Source: an uncultured Pirellulaceae bacterium (GTDB lineage: Bacteria; Planctomycetota; Planctomycetia; Pirellulales; Pirellulaceae). Taken from it: a stretch of 62,292 nt of DNA. The stretch is taken from NCBI GenBank assembly GCA_964558755.1, contig CAZLFF010000009.1:1-62292 (forward strand). The letters run 5' to 3'. The notes beneath the pieces are model-generated. The model did no database searches. It saw only the letters and a program-made list of their open reading frames with translations, and had not been told where the DNA came from. The position numbers and the translations under genes were made by a program. Shown in pieces: positions 8,201 through 17,596 of this stretch (the stretch's first letter is position 1; every line of letters begins with the position of its first letter).

Positions 8201-10018
8201 ATGCCCGAACTGATCGCTCAAGGAACTCAGCCATCGCATCGGTGGCGTCGGACGCTGCCGGTCAACGATATGATCGAGCTGGGGCGTGCCACGCCGACGT
8301 TTGCCGTTCCGTGGGACAATCAGATCTCCCGCCGCCACATTCAGCTTGTTTTGCGGGGCGAGCGAGTGAACGTAATTCGACTGCCAACGGCATCGAACCC
8401 GGTATTCTTGAATGGCGCACAGGAGGACACGTTTTGGTTGTCGCCCGGTGAGCACTTTGTGATTGGCGAAACGACTTTCACGCTGACCGCCGACCGCGCC
8501 GAAGCGACGATGGACATGCCGGTCCCGGTTAGGCAACAGACGTTTAGCCGAGACTTTTTGCAAAACGTTCGCTATCGGGATGCCGCTGGCCGCGTGCAAG
8601 TGCTCAGTGGGCTGCCCGAGTTGATCAGCAGTGCATCGAATCGAGCCGATTTGTTCAACCGGATTGTAACGACGTTGCTCGAAGGGATTCGTTCGGCGGT
8701 TTCGATTGGAATCGTCCAACTGCCCGTTCCCGACGACGGCGTTGAGCCAGAAAGTGTGCCTCCAGTGGTTCTGCACTGGGATCGTCGGGGGGCCAGTGGC
8801 GGTGACTTTCATCCCAGCACGCGATTGATTACTCAGGCGATGCAAACCCAGCAATCGGTGCTGCACGTCTGGGAAGCAACAGCAGGCAAATCCGCGGACT
8901 ACACAATGGACGCGGAGAATGACTGGGCGTTTTGCTGTCCCATCGACGGCCAAGCCACCAAGCGGTGGGGCATTTATGTCACGGGTTCCAAGAATCCCGT
9001 GGGTATCGGTTCGGATCGGTCGAACCGTTCAGTCGATTCGGGCAGTGACGTGGTTGATCTTCAGGGCGATGTGAAGTTCTGCGAGTTGGTTGGCACGACG
9101 TTAAAGAACCTGTTACTGGTCCGGCAACTGCAGCAGCGACAAACAAGTCTCGGTCAGTTTTTCTCACCCATCGTCTTGCAAGCGATCGGCAACCAAGACC
9201 CCGACGAAGTGCTGGCCCCGCGCGAGTGCCGGGTATCGGTGATGTTCTGCGATTTGCGTGGGTTCTCGCGAGCGTCAGAACGGCTGGCTGATAATTTACC
9301 TGACTTGCTGCGGCGAACGAGCGATGCGTTGGGCATTATCACGCGGTGCATCATGGCCGCCGGAGGAGTCATTGGCGACTTTCATGGTGATGCGGTGATG
9401 GGTTTTTGGGGCTGGCCGTTAAAGCCAGCCGACGACCAAGCGTTGGCCGTGCAGGCGATCGCTGCGGCAACCCAAATTCAAACGGCGTTCCAAACGATGG
9501 CTTCCGATCAAGCGAACGCGTTGCACAATTTTCGCGTGGGCGTCGGGATCGCGACCGGACAAGCGGTCGCGGGCAAGATCGGGACTCGCGATCAGGTAAA
9601 GGTAACCGCCTTCGGCCCCGTCGTGAATTTGGCAGCTCGACTTGAGGGAATGAATCGCCCGCTTGGGACGCAAGTGCTGATTGATGGTGCAACACTCGAG
9701 TGCCTTGGTTCGCGGTCGTCGGAGATTGGTGCGACGTGCGAATCGGCGCTGATCCGCCGCTTTGCTCGATTCCAACCGTACGGAATCTCGACTGCCAGCG
9801 ACGTGTACGAGCTTCTTCCAGAATCACAGCTAACCCAAAGTCAGCTCAAGGAATACGAGAACGCGCTCGTGGCGTTTGAGAGCGGTATGTGGGATCAGAC
9901 GCGGGAGCAGATAGCGCGGTTGCCTGAGGCTGACGCGGGCGTACGGTTCTTGAAACAACAGACTGCTCGAGACACTCCCGACGATTGGGCGGGGGTCATT
10001 CGGCTCAGCGGGAAATAG
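8201..10018 (+). CDS. FHA domain + GAF-like + class III nucleotide cyclase
   Basis: FHA motifs LGR...ISRRH...SNPVFLNG; cyclase motifs MFCDLRGFS, GDAVM, RVGVGIATG, VNLAARLE. Confidence 0.88.
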   Translation: MPELIAQGTQPSHRWRRTLPVNDMIELGRATPTFAVPWDNQISRRHIQLVLRGERVNVIRLPTASNPVFLNGAQEDTFWLSPGEHFVIGETTFTLTADRAEATMDMPVPVRQQTFSRDFLQNVRYRDAAGRVQVLSGLPELISSASNRADLFNRIVTTLLEGIRSAVSIGIVQLPVPDDGVEPESVPPVVLHWDRRGASGGDFHPSTRLITQAMQTQQSVLHVWEATAGKSADYTMDAENDWAFCCPIDGQATKRWGIYVTGSKNPVGIGSDRSNRSVDSGSDVVDLQGDVKFCELVGTTLKNLLLVRQLQQRQTSLGQFFSPIVLQAIGNQDPDEVLAPRECRVSVMFCDLRGFSRASERLADNLPDLLRRTSDALGIITRCIMAAGGVIGDFHGDAVMGFWGWPLKPADDQALAVQAIAAATQIQTAFQTMASDQANALHNFRVGVGIATGQAVAGKIGTRDQVKVTAFGPVVNLAARLEGMNRPLGTQVLIDGATLECLGSRSSEIGATCESALIRRFARFQPYGISTASDVYELLPESQLTQSQLKEYENALVAFESGMWDQTREQIARLPEADAGVRFLKQQTARDTPDDWAGVIRLSGK

Positions 10019-10040
10019 CCTCGTCGCCGTGCTGCAGTAG

Positions 10041-10071
10041 AAAAAGCGACAGCCAAACGACTGCCGCTTTT
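10041..10071 (-). terminator. Intrinsic terminator (minus strand, possibly bidirectional) between the cyclase gene and amtB
   Basis: Minus strand reads AAAA-GCGGCAGTC-GTTT-GGCTGTCGC-TTTTT. Confidence 0.65.
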
Positions 10072-10321
10072 CGGGTATCAGACCAAGCCGTTTGGAGGAC
10101 CGCCGGTCTCGTCTCAGGTGTTAATATTCATAAATGGTGCGGAGGAGTACGCCAGAACCCAAGGGTTCCGACGTACCCTCCAACCACCATTGACCACTTC
10201 GTTGGCTCGTTCAACAACCGGTCGCGGCCGGTTATTGATTCGCACATATGGTTTCCGCCGCTTTCGCGTTAGGCCGGCTGGTCGTTGTCGGCCCGCGGAG
10301 ATTTACAAATTGCTTTTAGGC

Positions 10322-11818
10322 CTAGTTGATTGAGTATGCACTCATGCCGTGCTCACCCAAGTCCAAGCCGCGTTCTTCTTCCTCTTCGCTGACACGCAAG
10401 CCCATGGTGGCTTTCAGGATCAAACCAACGACCAGCGTGAACACAACGGTGAATGCACCGATCGATCCAATACCGCACAGTTGATGCATCAGTTGCTCGC
10501 TACCTGCCTTGGCACCGAAGATGCCGACAGCCAGCGTGCCCCAGATGCCGCAAACCAAGTGAACACTGATCGCACCGACTGGATCGTCGATCTTGATCAC
10601 GCCATCAATAAAGATCACGGCGAAGTAAACCAGGAAGCCTGCGATCAAGCCAATCACGATCGACTCCCAGCCTGTCATCTGGTCAGCCCCTGCCGTAATT
10701 CCGACCAAGCCGGCCAGAATTCCGTTCAGTGCCATCGACAGGTCAGGCTTGCGGCCGTGAACTGTTGAGATAAATGCAGCAGCGACACCACCGGCGGCGG
10801 CAGCAAGCGAAGTGGTGACAAGGGTCAGTGATACTAGGCCTGGATCAGCACTCAAGACCGAACCGCCGTTGAAGCCGAACCAACCGAACCACAGCAAGAA
10901 CACGCCGATGGCTGCCAAAGGCATGCTGCTCGGTGCGATTGCTGCAGGGCGTCCGTTCACATACTTGCCTTTTCGTGGGCCAAGTAGGGCCGCCATCACG
11001 AGGGCTCCCCAACCACCAACCGAGTGGACGAGTGTGGAACCTGCAAAGTCATAAAACCCAAGGGCATCCAACCAACCAGCGCCCCACTTCCAAGCACCTG
11101 TGATTGGGTACGAGATGCTGACGAACAGCGTGCAGAAAACCAAGAAGGTGCCAAGCTTGATTCGACCGGCGACGGCTCCCGAAACGATCGTGCAGCAAGT
11201 CGCAGCAAACATCGCTTGGAAGAAAAAGTCAGTGTACCAAGTGTAGCCGGCGTACTCTTGAGTCGACTTCGCGTTGTAAGCGTTCATCGCGTCGTCGCCC
11301 AAGCTGGCGGCAGTCGATGCGTCGGCAAGTTCCAAACCAGTGCCCAAGAAGCCGAAGCTAGCTGCGCTGATTTTGAAAAATCCTTGATCCCCGCCCTCAA
11401 GGTCAAAACCTGGGTACATCAAGTTAAAGCCAATGATCGCGTAAGTGATGATCCCGATACAAACGATCATCGTGTTCTTGAACAAGATGTTGACCGTGTT
11501 CTTCGATCGGGTCAGTCCACTCTCGAGCGTGGCGAAACCTAGGTGCATGATGAACACCAGCATTCCAGCCAACATGATCCAGAGGTTGCTAATCGTGAAC
11601 GCATCGGTTTGCTCGATGGGCTCAATGGTTGAGGCGGCGACGGCCTCTTCCCCGGATGCTTCTTCGGTGGTCTCGTCAAGAGCTACCGTATCTTCGGTGG
11701 CGGAGGCAGCCGGTGCGTCCTGTGCAAAACTGGTGGCGGCACTGAAATTTAGAAAGGCGACACATCCGAGCATCGCGAACAAGGCTACGCAAATCATGTT
11801 GCGCGAAATCTTTGTCAC
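10322..11818 (-). CDS. amtB: Ammonium transporter with signal peptide and acidic N-terminal extension
   Basis: FQAMFA, DFAGSTLVHSVGG, LWFGWFGFNGGS, NGILAGLVGIT, DDPVGAISVH, GLDLGEHG. Confidence 0.95.
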   Translation of the reverse strand: MTKISRNMICVALFAMLGCVAFLNFSAATSFAQDAPAASATEDTVALDETTEEASGEEAVAASTIEPIEQTDAFTISNLWIMLAGMLVFIMHLGFATLESGLTRSKNTVNILFKNTMIVCIGIITYAIIGFNLMYPGFDLEGGDQGFFKISAASFGFLGTGLELADASTAASLGDDAMNAYNAKSTQEYAGYTWYTDFFFQAMFAATCCTIVSGAVAGRIKLGTFLVFCTLFVSISYPITGAWKWGAGWLDALGFYDFAGSTLVHSVGGWGALVMAALLGPRKGKYVNGRPAAIAPSSMPLAAIGVFLLWFGWFGFNGGSVLSADPGLVSLTLVTTSLAAAAGGVAAAFISTVHGRKPDLSMALNGILAGLVGITAGADQMTGWESIVIGLIAGFLVYFAVIFIDGVIKIDDPVGAISVHLVCGIWGTLAVGIFGAKAGSEQLMHQLCGIGSIGAFTVVFTLVVGLILKATMGLRVSEEEEERGLDLGEHGMSAYSIN

Positions 11819-11874
11819 TTTGAGTTCCTCTAAGTTGAGTAATGGTGGTTAAAAACAATGGTCAGAGGCGTGCA

Positions 11875-11890
11875 AGCAGCCCTCGTGCCA
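11875..11890 (-). promoter_or_regulatory. Sigma54 (-24/-12) promoter of amtB
   Basis: Minus strand TGGCACG-AGGG-CTGCT versus consensus TGGCACG-N4-TTGCW, about 57 nt upstream of the start. Confidence 0.7.
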
Positions 11891-12020
11891 ATTGGTCTTG
11901 CGGCGAAAGGAAAATAGCCAGCTGTTAGCAAAAACGACGCGTTTCATGGGGCGTGCGATTGCGGAATTTTTTTTTCTCGGATACGAGACAGCTGGGCAGA
12001 TCGGAGTTCAGGGCGGGGTT

Positions 12021-12077
12021 TGCCTATTCCAACAGCAGCCTCTGCAAGCAGCATCCAAACCGCACAAAAAACAGGCT
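12021..12077. promoter_or_regulatory. Two NtrC-like enhancer boxes
   Basis: TGCCTATTCCAACAGCA (12021-12037) and CGCACAAAAAACAGGCT (12061-12077), both GC-N11-GC, 130-190 nt upstream of the sigma54 site. Confidence 0.35.
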
Positions 12078-12335
12078 CTCAGGCGCTCTGCCGTTACACC
12101 CGTTTAGTGGAATCTTAGTCTCCGCTAACGTTTTCGCGATGAACGCAAAACTGCCATGGCACGGTCAAAATCCCACCTCCGATCGTCTCAACCGTCGCGC
12201 TTAAAAACCCTCGATTGAACGTTGTGAAACTTAGTGGGAGCCAGTTGCTATATTGGACCGATCTTTTTTGAGCCAACGCGTTGAGCCCAGATGCGGCGCG
12301 GTTGGATTCCCCATCACTCTTTGCAAAGTAAGCGA

Positions 12336-13226
12336 ATGTCACGACTGGCCAAACGTGTGAATCAAGGGCAAGGGCCCAAGTTAGCGAGTTGTAAGGCCAG
12401 CCAGTTCTCGTTTAAGTCCTTCGCCGATTCGCCCATCCGCGACTGGTCGCTGGGCCGTAAGTCGGTGCTGTTTGCCGAGGTCTCGATGATCTCGTACCTG
12501 CCGATTGAGGAGTGCAATGTGGCGGTGGGACTGCTGGGGTTCACCGACGGTAAGTTCTTCAACTGTGGTTCCTCGCAGGCGTACTGGTTTTCTAACGAGC
12601 ACGATAGCGTGGTGGTTTGTCGCGGCACCGAGCCAAACAATTGGGAAGATATCTCGGTTGACGCTGACGCGATCACTGCGGTGGCGGAAACGGTTGGAAA
12701 GGTCCATCGTGGTTTTAAGCGCGAGGCCGATGAGGTCTGGCCGTACATTGAAACGGCGATCGAGCCCAACGACAAACCGCTTTGGTTTTGCGGCCATAGC
12801 CTCGGAGGAGCTCTGGCGACCATTTGTGCGGCTCGGTGTGAGTTGTCCAGCATCCGCAGCAAACCTGAACAAGTTTTTACTTACGGCAGCCCTCGCGTTG
12901 GCTGTCACAAATACGTTAACTATGTTCAGCTGGAGCACTACCGTTGGGTCAACAACAACGACATCGTGACTCGCGTCCCGCCTGTGTGGTTGGGCTACCG
13001 GCACTGCGGTAAAGAGATGTACCTAAACCGGCACGGCATCGTGCAATCGCTAAAGGGCTGGCGTCGAATGAGCGATCGATTGCAAGGTTTTTTTACGGGG
13101 TTAACCAAGTGGCGAATCGATCATTTGTCTGACCACTCCGCGGTTTGTTACAAAGACTACTTGTTCAATCATTATCGGAACGAAGTGCCTTGGAATACGG
13201 GCAAGAAGCCGGTGGTGGCTGAGTGA
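12336..13226 (+). CDS. Lipase class 3 family protein
   Basis: CRGT, VHRGF, GHSLGG nucleophile elbow, TYGSPRVG, DIVTRVP, DH; start uncertain. Confidence 0.88.
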   Translation: MSRLAKRVNQGQGPKLASCKASQFSFKSFADSPIRDWSLGRKSVLFAEVSMISYLPIEECNVAVGLLGFTDGKFFNCGSSQAYWFSNEHDSVVVCRGTEPNNWEDISVDADAITAVAETVGKVHRGFKREADEVWPYIETAIEPNDKPLWFCGHSLGGALATICAARCELSSIRSKPEQVFTYGSPRVGCHKYVNYVQLEHYRWVNNNDIVTRVPPVWLGYRHCGKEMYLNRHGIVQSLKGWRRMSDRLQGFFTGLTKWRIDHLSDHSAVCYKDYLFNHYRNEVPWNTGKKPVVAE

Positions 13227-13321
13227 GTCGTGGAGTGATCCCGGTCATTGGAATCCAAAACCTGAAATCCAAGAACTGCAAACGGAAACCTGCGTCCCCA
13301 ACACCGAACACTGCCCCGCCG

Positions 13322-13975
13322 ATGAACCTAATTCTGTTTCCAACCGCCTTGGAGCATGACATCTGCTGGCCAAAAGTGCAGCCTCATCTTGACGCCGAAC
13401 AAGTCGTTGCTGCGGTCTGCGGGTTTGGGTTGGTCGGCGCAGGAGTCGAAACGGCTCGGCTGATCGCAAAGCATCAACCGTCTCAAATCCTGCTGTTGGG
13501 GATCGCCGGCGGCTACCGTGCCGACGACGTCGAGACCGGTGTCTTTCAGTTCACGCATGTGGCTTGCGACGGCATCGGAGTCGGTGAAGGAGCCTCATTC
13601 CGATCAGCGTCAGAAATGGGATGGCAGCAGTGTCCAGATAACGGCAGCGATCCGGAAATTGGTGACCAGATTTCTTTGGCCGTGATCAGCCCAACTGAAA
13701 CGGCAGCCGAAAGCCGGCTTCTATCGGTCACTAGCGCTTCGGCCGATGCGAACCATGCGGCCCAGCGTCGACAGCGGCACCCAAGCGCCATCGCGGAAGA
13801 CATGGAAGGTTTTGCCGTCGCCATGGCGGCGACGCGAGCCAGGGTTCCTGTCGCAATCATTCGAGGCATCTCGAACCTCGCAGGGGATCGGAATCATGCT
13901 AATTGGAAAATCGAAAGAGCTTTGGAGCTTGCCGCTGAATTGGCAATCGAGCATTTGCAGCGAGTATCATCGTGA
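13322..13975 (+). CDS. mqnB: Futalosine hydrolase
   Basis: PNP/MTAN fold (GIAGG, EDMEGFAVA, RGISN, NWKI) directly upstream of mqnD. Confidence 0.85.
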   Translation: MNLILFPTALEHDICWPKVQPHLDAEQVVAAVCGFGLVGAGVETARLIAKHQPSQILLLGIAGGYRADDVETGVFQFTHVACDGIGVGEGASFRSASEMGWQQCPDNGSDPEIGDQISLAVISPTETAAESRLLSVTSASADANHAAQRRQRHPSAIAEDMEGFAVAMAATRARVPVAIIRGISNLAGDRNHANWKIERALELAAELAIEHLQRVSS

Positions 13976-14859
13976 GTGATTCCAACGATCAAATTCAGCT
14001 GGCGATTTCGACTTGCCCCAACGATACGTTTGCCTTTCATGGAATCATCAATCGCAAGATTGACTTGGAGGGCATCGACTTTCAGGTTGAGCTGTTGGAC
14101 ATTTCGCAGCTTAACGACGGTTTATTCTCGGGTAAGTTCGACGTCGCCAAAGCCAGCTTCCACGCCGCGTTGCAGCTGGCTGACCAAACGGTTGTGTTGC
14201 CATCAGGCAGCGCCCTTGGCTTTGGCGTCGGACCGCTGCTGTTATCGTCCGAGCCCGATACGAGCCCCGACGTCCTGCTGTCCCCATCATCGACAGTCAC
14301 CTTGTGTCCCGGCCCGCACACGACCGCGACCCTGTTGATGAAGATGTTCTACGGCGACGCGATTGAGAAACAGCGAACGCGACTAGAGCATCGTGTGTTT
14401 TCGGAGATCATGCCCGCCTTGCAGAACCAATCGGCCGATTTCGGCGTGTGCATCCACGAAGGCCGCTTCACGTGGCAAGAAGAAGGCTTGCATTTGGTCG
14501 AAGATCTCGGCATCCGTTGGGAGCGTGAAACCGATTGCCCTCTGCCGCTGGGCGGCATCCTCGCGCGTCGCTCTTTGGGCGACGACCTAACGGGACGAGT
14601 GCAGCGTGTGATTCGCCGGAGCATTGAATACGGCCTCGCCAACCGCCAGGAAACGCTTCCCACCATGCGGCAACATGCTCAAGAATTCAACGACGACGTG
14701 CTCATGCAACACGTCGATTTGTACGTCAACGATTGGACCGTTGATCTAGGAGGTATCGGCGGCAAAGCACTTAGTTGCCTCTCCAGCCTAGCCGGCGATC
14801 GAAGAGTGGGCTTAAGCGACTCGGTAGCACACCAACTACAGATTTGGTCAGTTGACTAA
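13972..14859 (+). CDS. mqnD: 1,4-dihydroxy-6-naphthoate synthase
   Basis: STCPNDTF, ALGFGVGPLL, PGPHTTA, IHEGRFT, PLPLGG, HVDLYVN; GTGA overlap with mqnB. Confidence 0.92.
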   Translation: MSDSNDQIQLAISTCPNDTFAFHGIINRKIDLEGIDFQVELLDISQLNDGLFSGKFDVAKASFHAALQLADQTVVLPSGSALGFGVGPLLLSSEPDTSPDVLLSPSSTVTLCPGPHTTATLLMKMFYGDAIEKQRTRLEHRVFSEIMPALQNQSADFGVCIHEGRFTWQEEGLHLVEDLGIRWERETDCPLPLGGILARRSLGDDLTGRVQRVIRRSIEYGLANRQETLPTMRQHAQEFNDDVLMQHVDLYVNDWTVDLGGIGGKALSCLSSLAGDRRVGLSDSVAHQLQIWSVD

Positions 14860-14950
14860 ATCATTTCATGTGTTGACGTTATAAAAAGAGGTGCTTCGAA
14901 GCCAGTAGAAAACTAGCCCGTACATCGTTCGCAACTTGCTGAATTTGATC

Positions 14951-15634
14951 TTAAGGCTTTGAAGTGTCGCTGTCAGACGCATTCTCTTGAATGACATTGA
15001 TTCGCTTCTCCGACAATTCTGGTACCGCCACTTGCTGTTGATTGCCCGTTGGCCAAACGACTGTGATTTTGGCGATCGGGTCGGCTGTCTGAAACCCGAC
15101 GCCAAGAACGGCGCTGTTCTGAGCGACGTTTCCTTCCCCCGATTGGCGGTGGAGCATTAAGATTCTGCCAGAGCGATAATTGACAATTACCTTAGCGCCG
15201 ATCGCGTCACGGTTGGTTAGAAGGAGATTGGGCGAGTCGCCGGAATGGCCGCCCCGTAGTTTGATTCGGTACCGTCGGTTTTTCGAAATGTCCGCCAATT
15301 GATTGCGGAGGAGGGTAAACCTGGGACGATTGGTGCTCACGAGAGCGATATCGGTCCAGCCGTCATTGTCAAAATCGATTTTCGCGAACCCTCGACCGTC
15401 TCCCAGATGATCGGCGCCGCTGACAAGCGAGATGTCCAGGTAGTTCTGGCCGTCGTTGAGGAACATCCGATTGGGTTCGCTGCCGCTAAATGAGTTGCAT
15501 TCATAGAACGGGGGGCCCTTTTCTTTTTTCACAAACATCGCGTCGCGATACTTTTGATGCTTCCAAGCATCGGCGTGAATCATTTTGGAGCTTCGGGTTC
15601 GATCCGTACGCACGACCGTGCGCCACCAGCAACT
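14951..15634 (-). CDS. C-terminal FG-GAP + ASPIC/UnbV segment, in frame with the upstream segment (fused product 881 aa if TGA is read through)
   Basis: Open from the TGA onward: SCWWRTVV...SFSGSEPNRMFLN...DGRG..DFDNDGWTDI...NRDAIGAKV...WPTG; 17596-15613 = 1983, a multiple of 3. Confidence 0.8.
   Translation of the reverse strand, partial: SCWWRTVVRTDRTRSSKMIHADAWKHQKYRDAMFVKKEKGPPFYECNSFSGSEPNRMFLNDGQNYLDISLVSGADHLGDGRGFAKIDFDNDGWTDIALVSTNRPRFTLLRNQLADISKNRRYRIKLRGGHSGDSPNLLLTNRDAIGAKVIVNYRSGRILMLHRQSGEGNVAQNSAVLGVGFQTADPIAKITVVWPTGNQQQVAVPELSEKRINVIQENASDSDTSKP
15608..15623 (-). promoter_or_regulatory. Bacterial SECIS-like stem-loop
   Basis: UGA, 11-nt spacer, then GCGCAC-GGUC-GUGCGU; same spacer length and GGUC loop as the E. 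coli fdhF SECIS. Confidence 0.65.
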
Positions 15635-17596
15635 TCATATGTCGACTTTACTGTCGGATTCATCAACAGCCGTGAAGTAACCGCTAGGAACGTATAAATC
15701 CAAGAAACCATTGTTGTCGAAGTCGGCGAATTGACCGCCGTAGGACCATCCAACCCGGCCAACATCCTGTCGAGCAATTGTATCGCCGGGTGATTTAGTG
15801 CCGGCTACATTGCGTAGCTGACCGTTGCCGTTTTGATATAGAAAATTTCCACGCGTGGCGACCTCCATCCGAGTGTCGCCTTTGCCGAGAAATTTTAGAA
15901 TCCGTGTGCCGGCTTTCGAGTACATATTCGACACGTAGAGGTCTAGATCGCCATCGGAGTCGTAGTCGCCCCAGCTGGCTCCCATTGCAAACCCAGATTC
16001 TTGTCCTGGAAGCCACTTGGAAAGGCCATCGGAGAACGTGGGAACCGCGGCGCCGGCCGGAGTTTCATTGATCAGGAACCCGTCACCCGCGAAATCGTTG
16101 GCAACATACAGGTCATCGTCTCCGTCTTGGTCAGCATCTGCCCACGCCGACTGATAAGAGTGATGCCATTGCTCGGTGAGCGCAGTTCCCTTGATCATTT
16201 CCAGCCGACCCCCTCCCCGGTTCATTACCAGCAGATTGGGTGGTCCAGCGTTGTCGACAAATCCGTGACCTTTTTGGTGTTTGGAAACCAGTTTCTCGTA
16301 ATCCTCCAAATCTAGAAAACGGTTCTTCCAATCATTTGCTTGGGTTATGTTCTGCGGGACGTTCTGGCCAAAAGGTCCGTAAGTGCTCAGGTATAAATCT
16401 ACCAGACCATCACGATTCACGTCCGCGGCCGAGATCGCGGAAACCAAATATTGGCCATGTAGGTTGGAAAGATCCCAGGTCACGTTGGTGAACTTTCCGC
16501 CATCATTCCGCATGTAGGCTAGCGGCTCGAGCGAGCGACCGATAATTGCGTCTTTGTCCCCATCGTTATCAAGATCGACGAATGCTGAGCAGTTGACGAC
16601 CGCAGCAAACCTTAGTCCGACTTCATCGGTGACGTCTTCGAACGTACCGTCTCCTTTGTTTCGAAGCAGTTGCGTGGGGCACCACCGACCACTAATAAAT
16701 AGGTCGTCAAGCTGATCGTTGTCATAGTCCACGACGGAAACAGAAGGCAGCGTGTGCGGAGAAGCCGCGTCGATGTACGGCGAGTATGGACCCAAATCGG
16801 GCATCGCTCCGGTCAGCACCGTGTTCGTGATCAATTCTTCATGGCGAGAGCGTTGGGCGGCCTGAAGGGTTGCGGGGTTTGTTAGGCACCGCGATGTAAC
16901 GTCAGAGAACATGGGAATCGGGCTAGTTAGTACGTTTAGCTTTTGCGACTCCCAACCGATAAGTCGCCATTGCTCACCCTGTTGTTCCCAGGTTAGTTCT
17001 TGCTCACCCGTGAATCCTGCGGCCACATCTGCCGGAATGAACTTGCCCCACAGTTTTGTTTTCATCACAAATCTGGAACGGTCCGCGTCCACAAAGTCCG
17101 CCCACAGAATGCCAAACTTGAGAGACTCTAAGCGCGGAAAAGACTTCATCAAAAAATCAATTGGCTTCGCACCGCTATTCACGTCAAGCGTTTGTAGCGG
17201 CCAATCGAATGAAGCCGTTTCGAATTGTCGCTGCCCATTTGGGGCTGCATTCAGCTCACTCAATTCAGTGACGGTCAGCTCTCCCGCACCTACGCATCTC
17301 GACAACGCATAGAAACTCGGTGGCGTGGCTTGGTTCGGCGAGTCTTGAAACCAAGCTGCTAACTTCTTTAGGCGAAAAGTCAGATCGAGACCAAGGTCTT
17401 CGACCTGTACTAGGCGTTCGACCAAGCCGGCTTCCGGGTCAGTATTCTTCAACGCTGTCGGATCCTCTGGAGCCCGAACATCTGAATTTGAAGACGTCCT
17501 TGGATCAGTTGCAGTGGGCTCCGGTGATCCGCATCCGGTTGAAACAAGAAATAAAAGGACCAGTGCGGAAAGCGAACGAAGACGAAAATCCGTCAT
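15635..17596 (-). CDS. CRTAC1-family FG-GAP/VCBS repeat lipoprotein, N-terminal segment up to an in-frame TGA (probable Sec codon)
   Basis: Lipobox ...VSTG-C; repeats DYDNDQLDDL, DLDNDGDKD, DVNRDGLVDL, DADQDGDDDL, DYDSDGDLDL, DFDNNGFLDL; ends ...KVDI-TGA. Confidence 0.85.
   Translation of the reverse strand: MTDFRLRSLSALVLLFLVSTGCGSPEPTATDPRTSSNSDVRAPEDPTALKNTDPEAGLVERLVQVEDLGLDLTFRLKKLAAWFQDSPNQATPPSFYALSRCVGAGELTVTELSELNAAPNGQRQFETASFDWPLQTLDVNSGAKPIDFLMKSFPRLESLKFGILWADFVDADRSRFVMKTKLWGKFIPADVAAGFTGEQELTWEQQGEQWRLIGWESQKLNVLTSPIPMFSDVTSRCLTNPATLQAAQRSRHEELITNTVLTGAMPDLGPYSPYIDAASPHTLPSVSVVDYDNDQLDDLFISGRWCPTQLLRNKGDGTFEDVTDEVGLRFAAVVNCSAFVDLDNDGDKDAIIGRSLEPLAYMRNDGGKFTNVTWDLSNLHGQYLVSAISAADVNRDGLVDLYLSTYGPFGQNVPQNITQANDWKNRFLDLEDYEKLVSKHQKGHGFVDNAGPPNLLVMNRGGGRLEMIKGTALTEQWHHSYQSAWADADQDGDDDLYVANDFAGDGFLINETPAGAAVPTFSDGLSKWLPGQESGFAMGASWGDYDSDGDLDLYVSNMYSKAGTRILKFLGKGDTRMEVATRGNFLYQNGNGQLRNVAGTKSPGDTIARQDVGRVGWSYGGQFADFDNNGFLDLYVPSGYFTAVDESDSKVDI

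Noticed and set aside
14951-15613. Independent 220-aa ASPIC/UnbV gene starting at GTG 15613
   Set aside because: No RBS or signal peptide, the start lies inside the SECIS-like hairpin, and it is in frame with the upstream ORF; readthrough or a nonsense mutation explains it better
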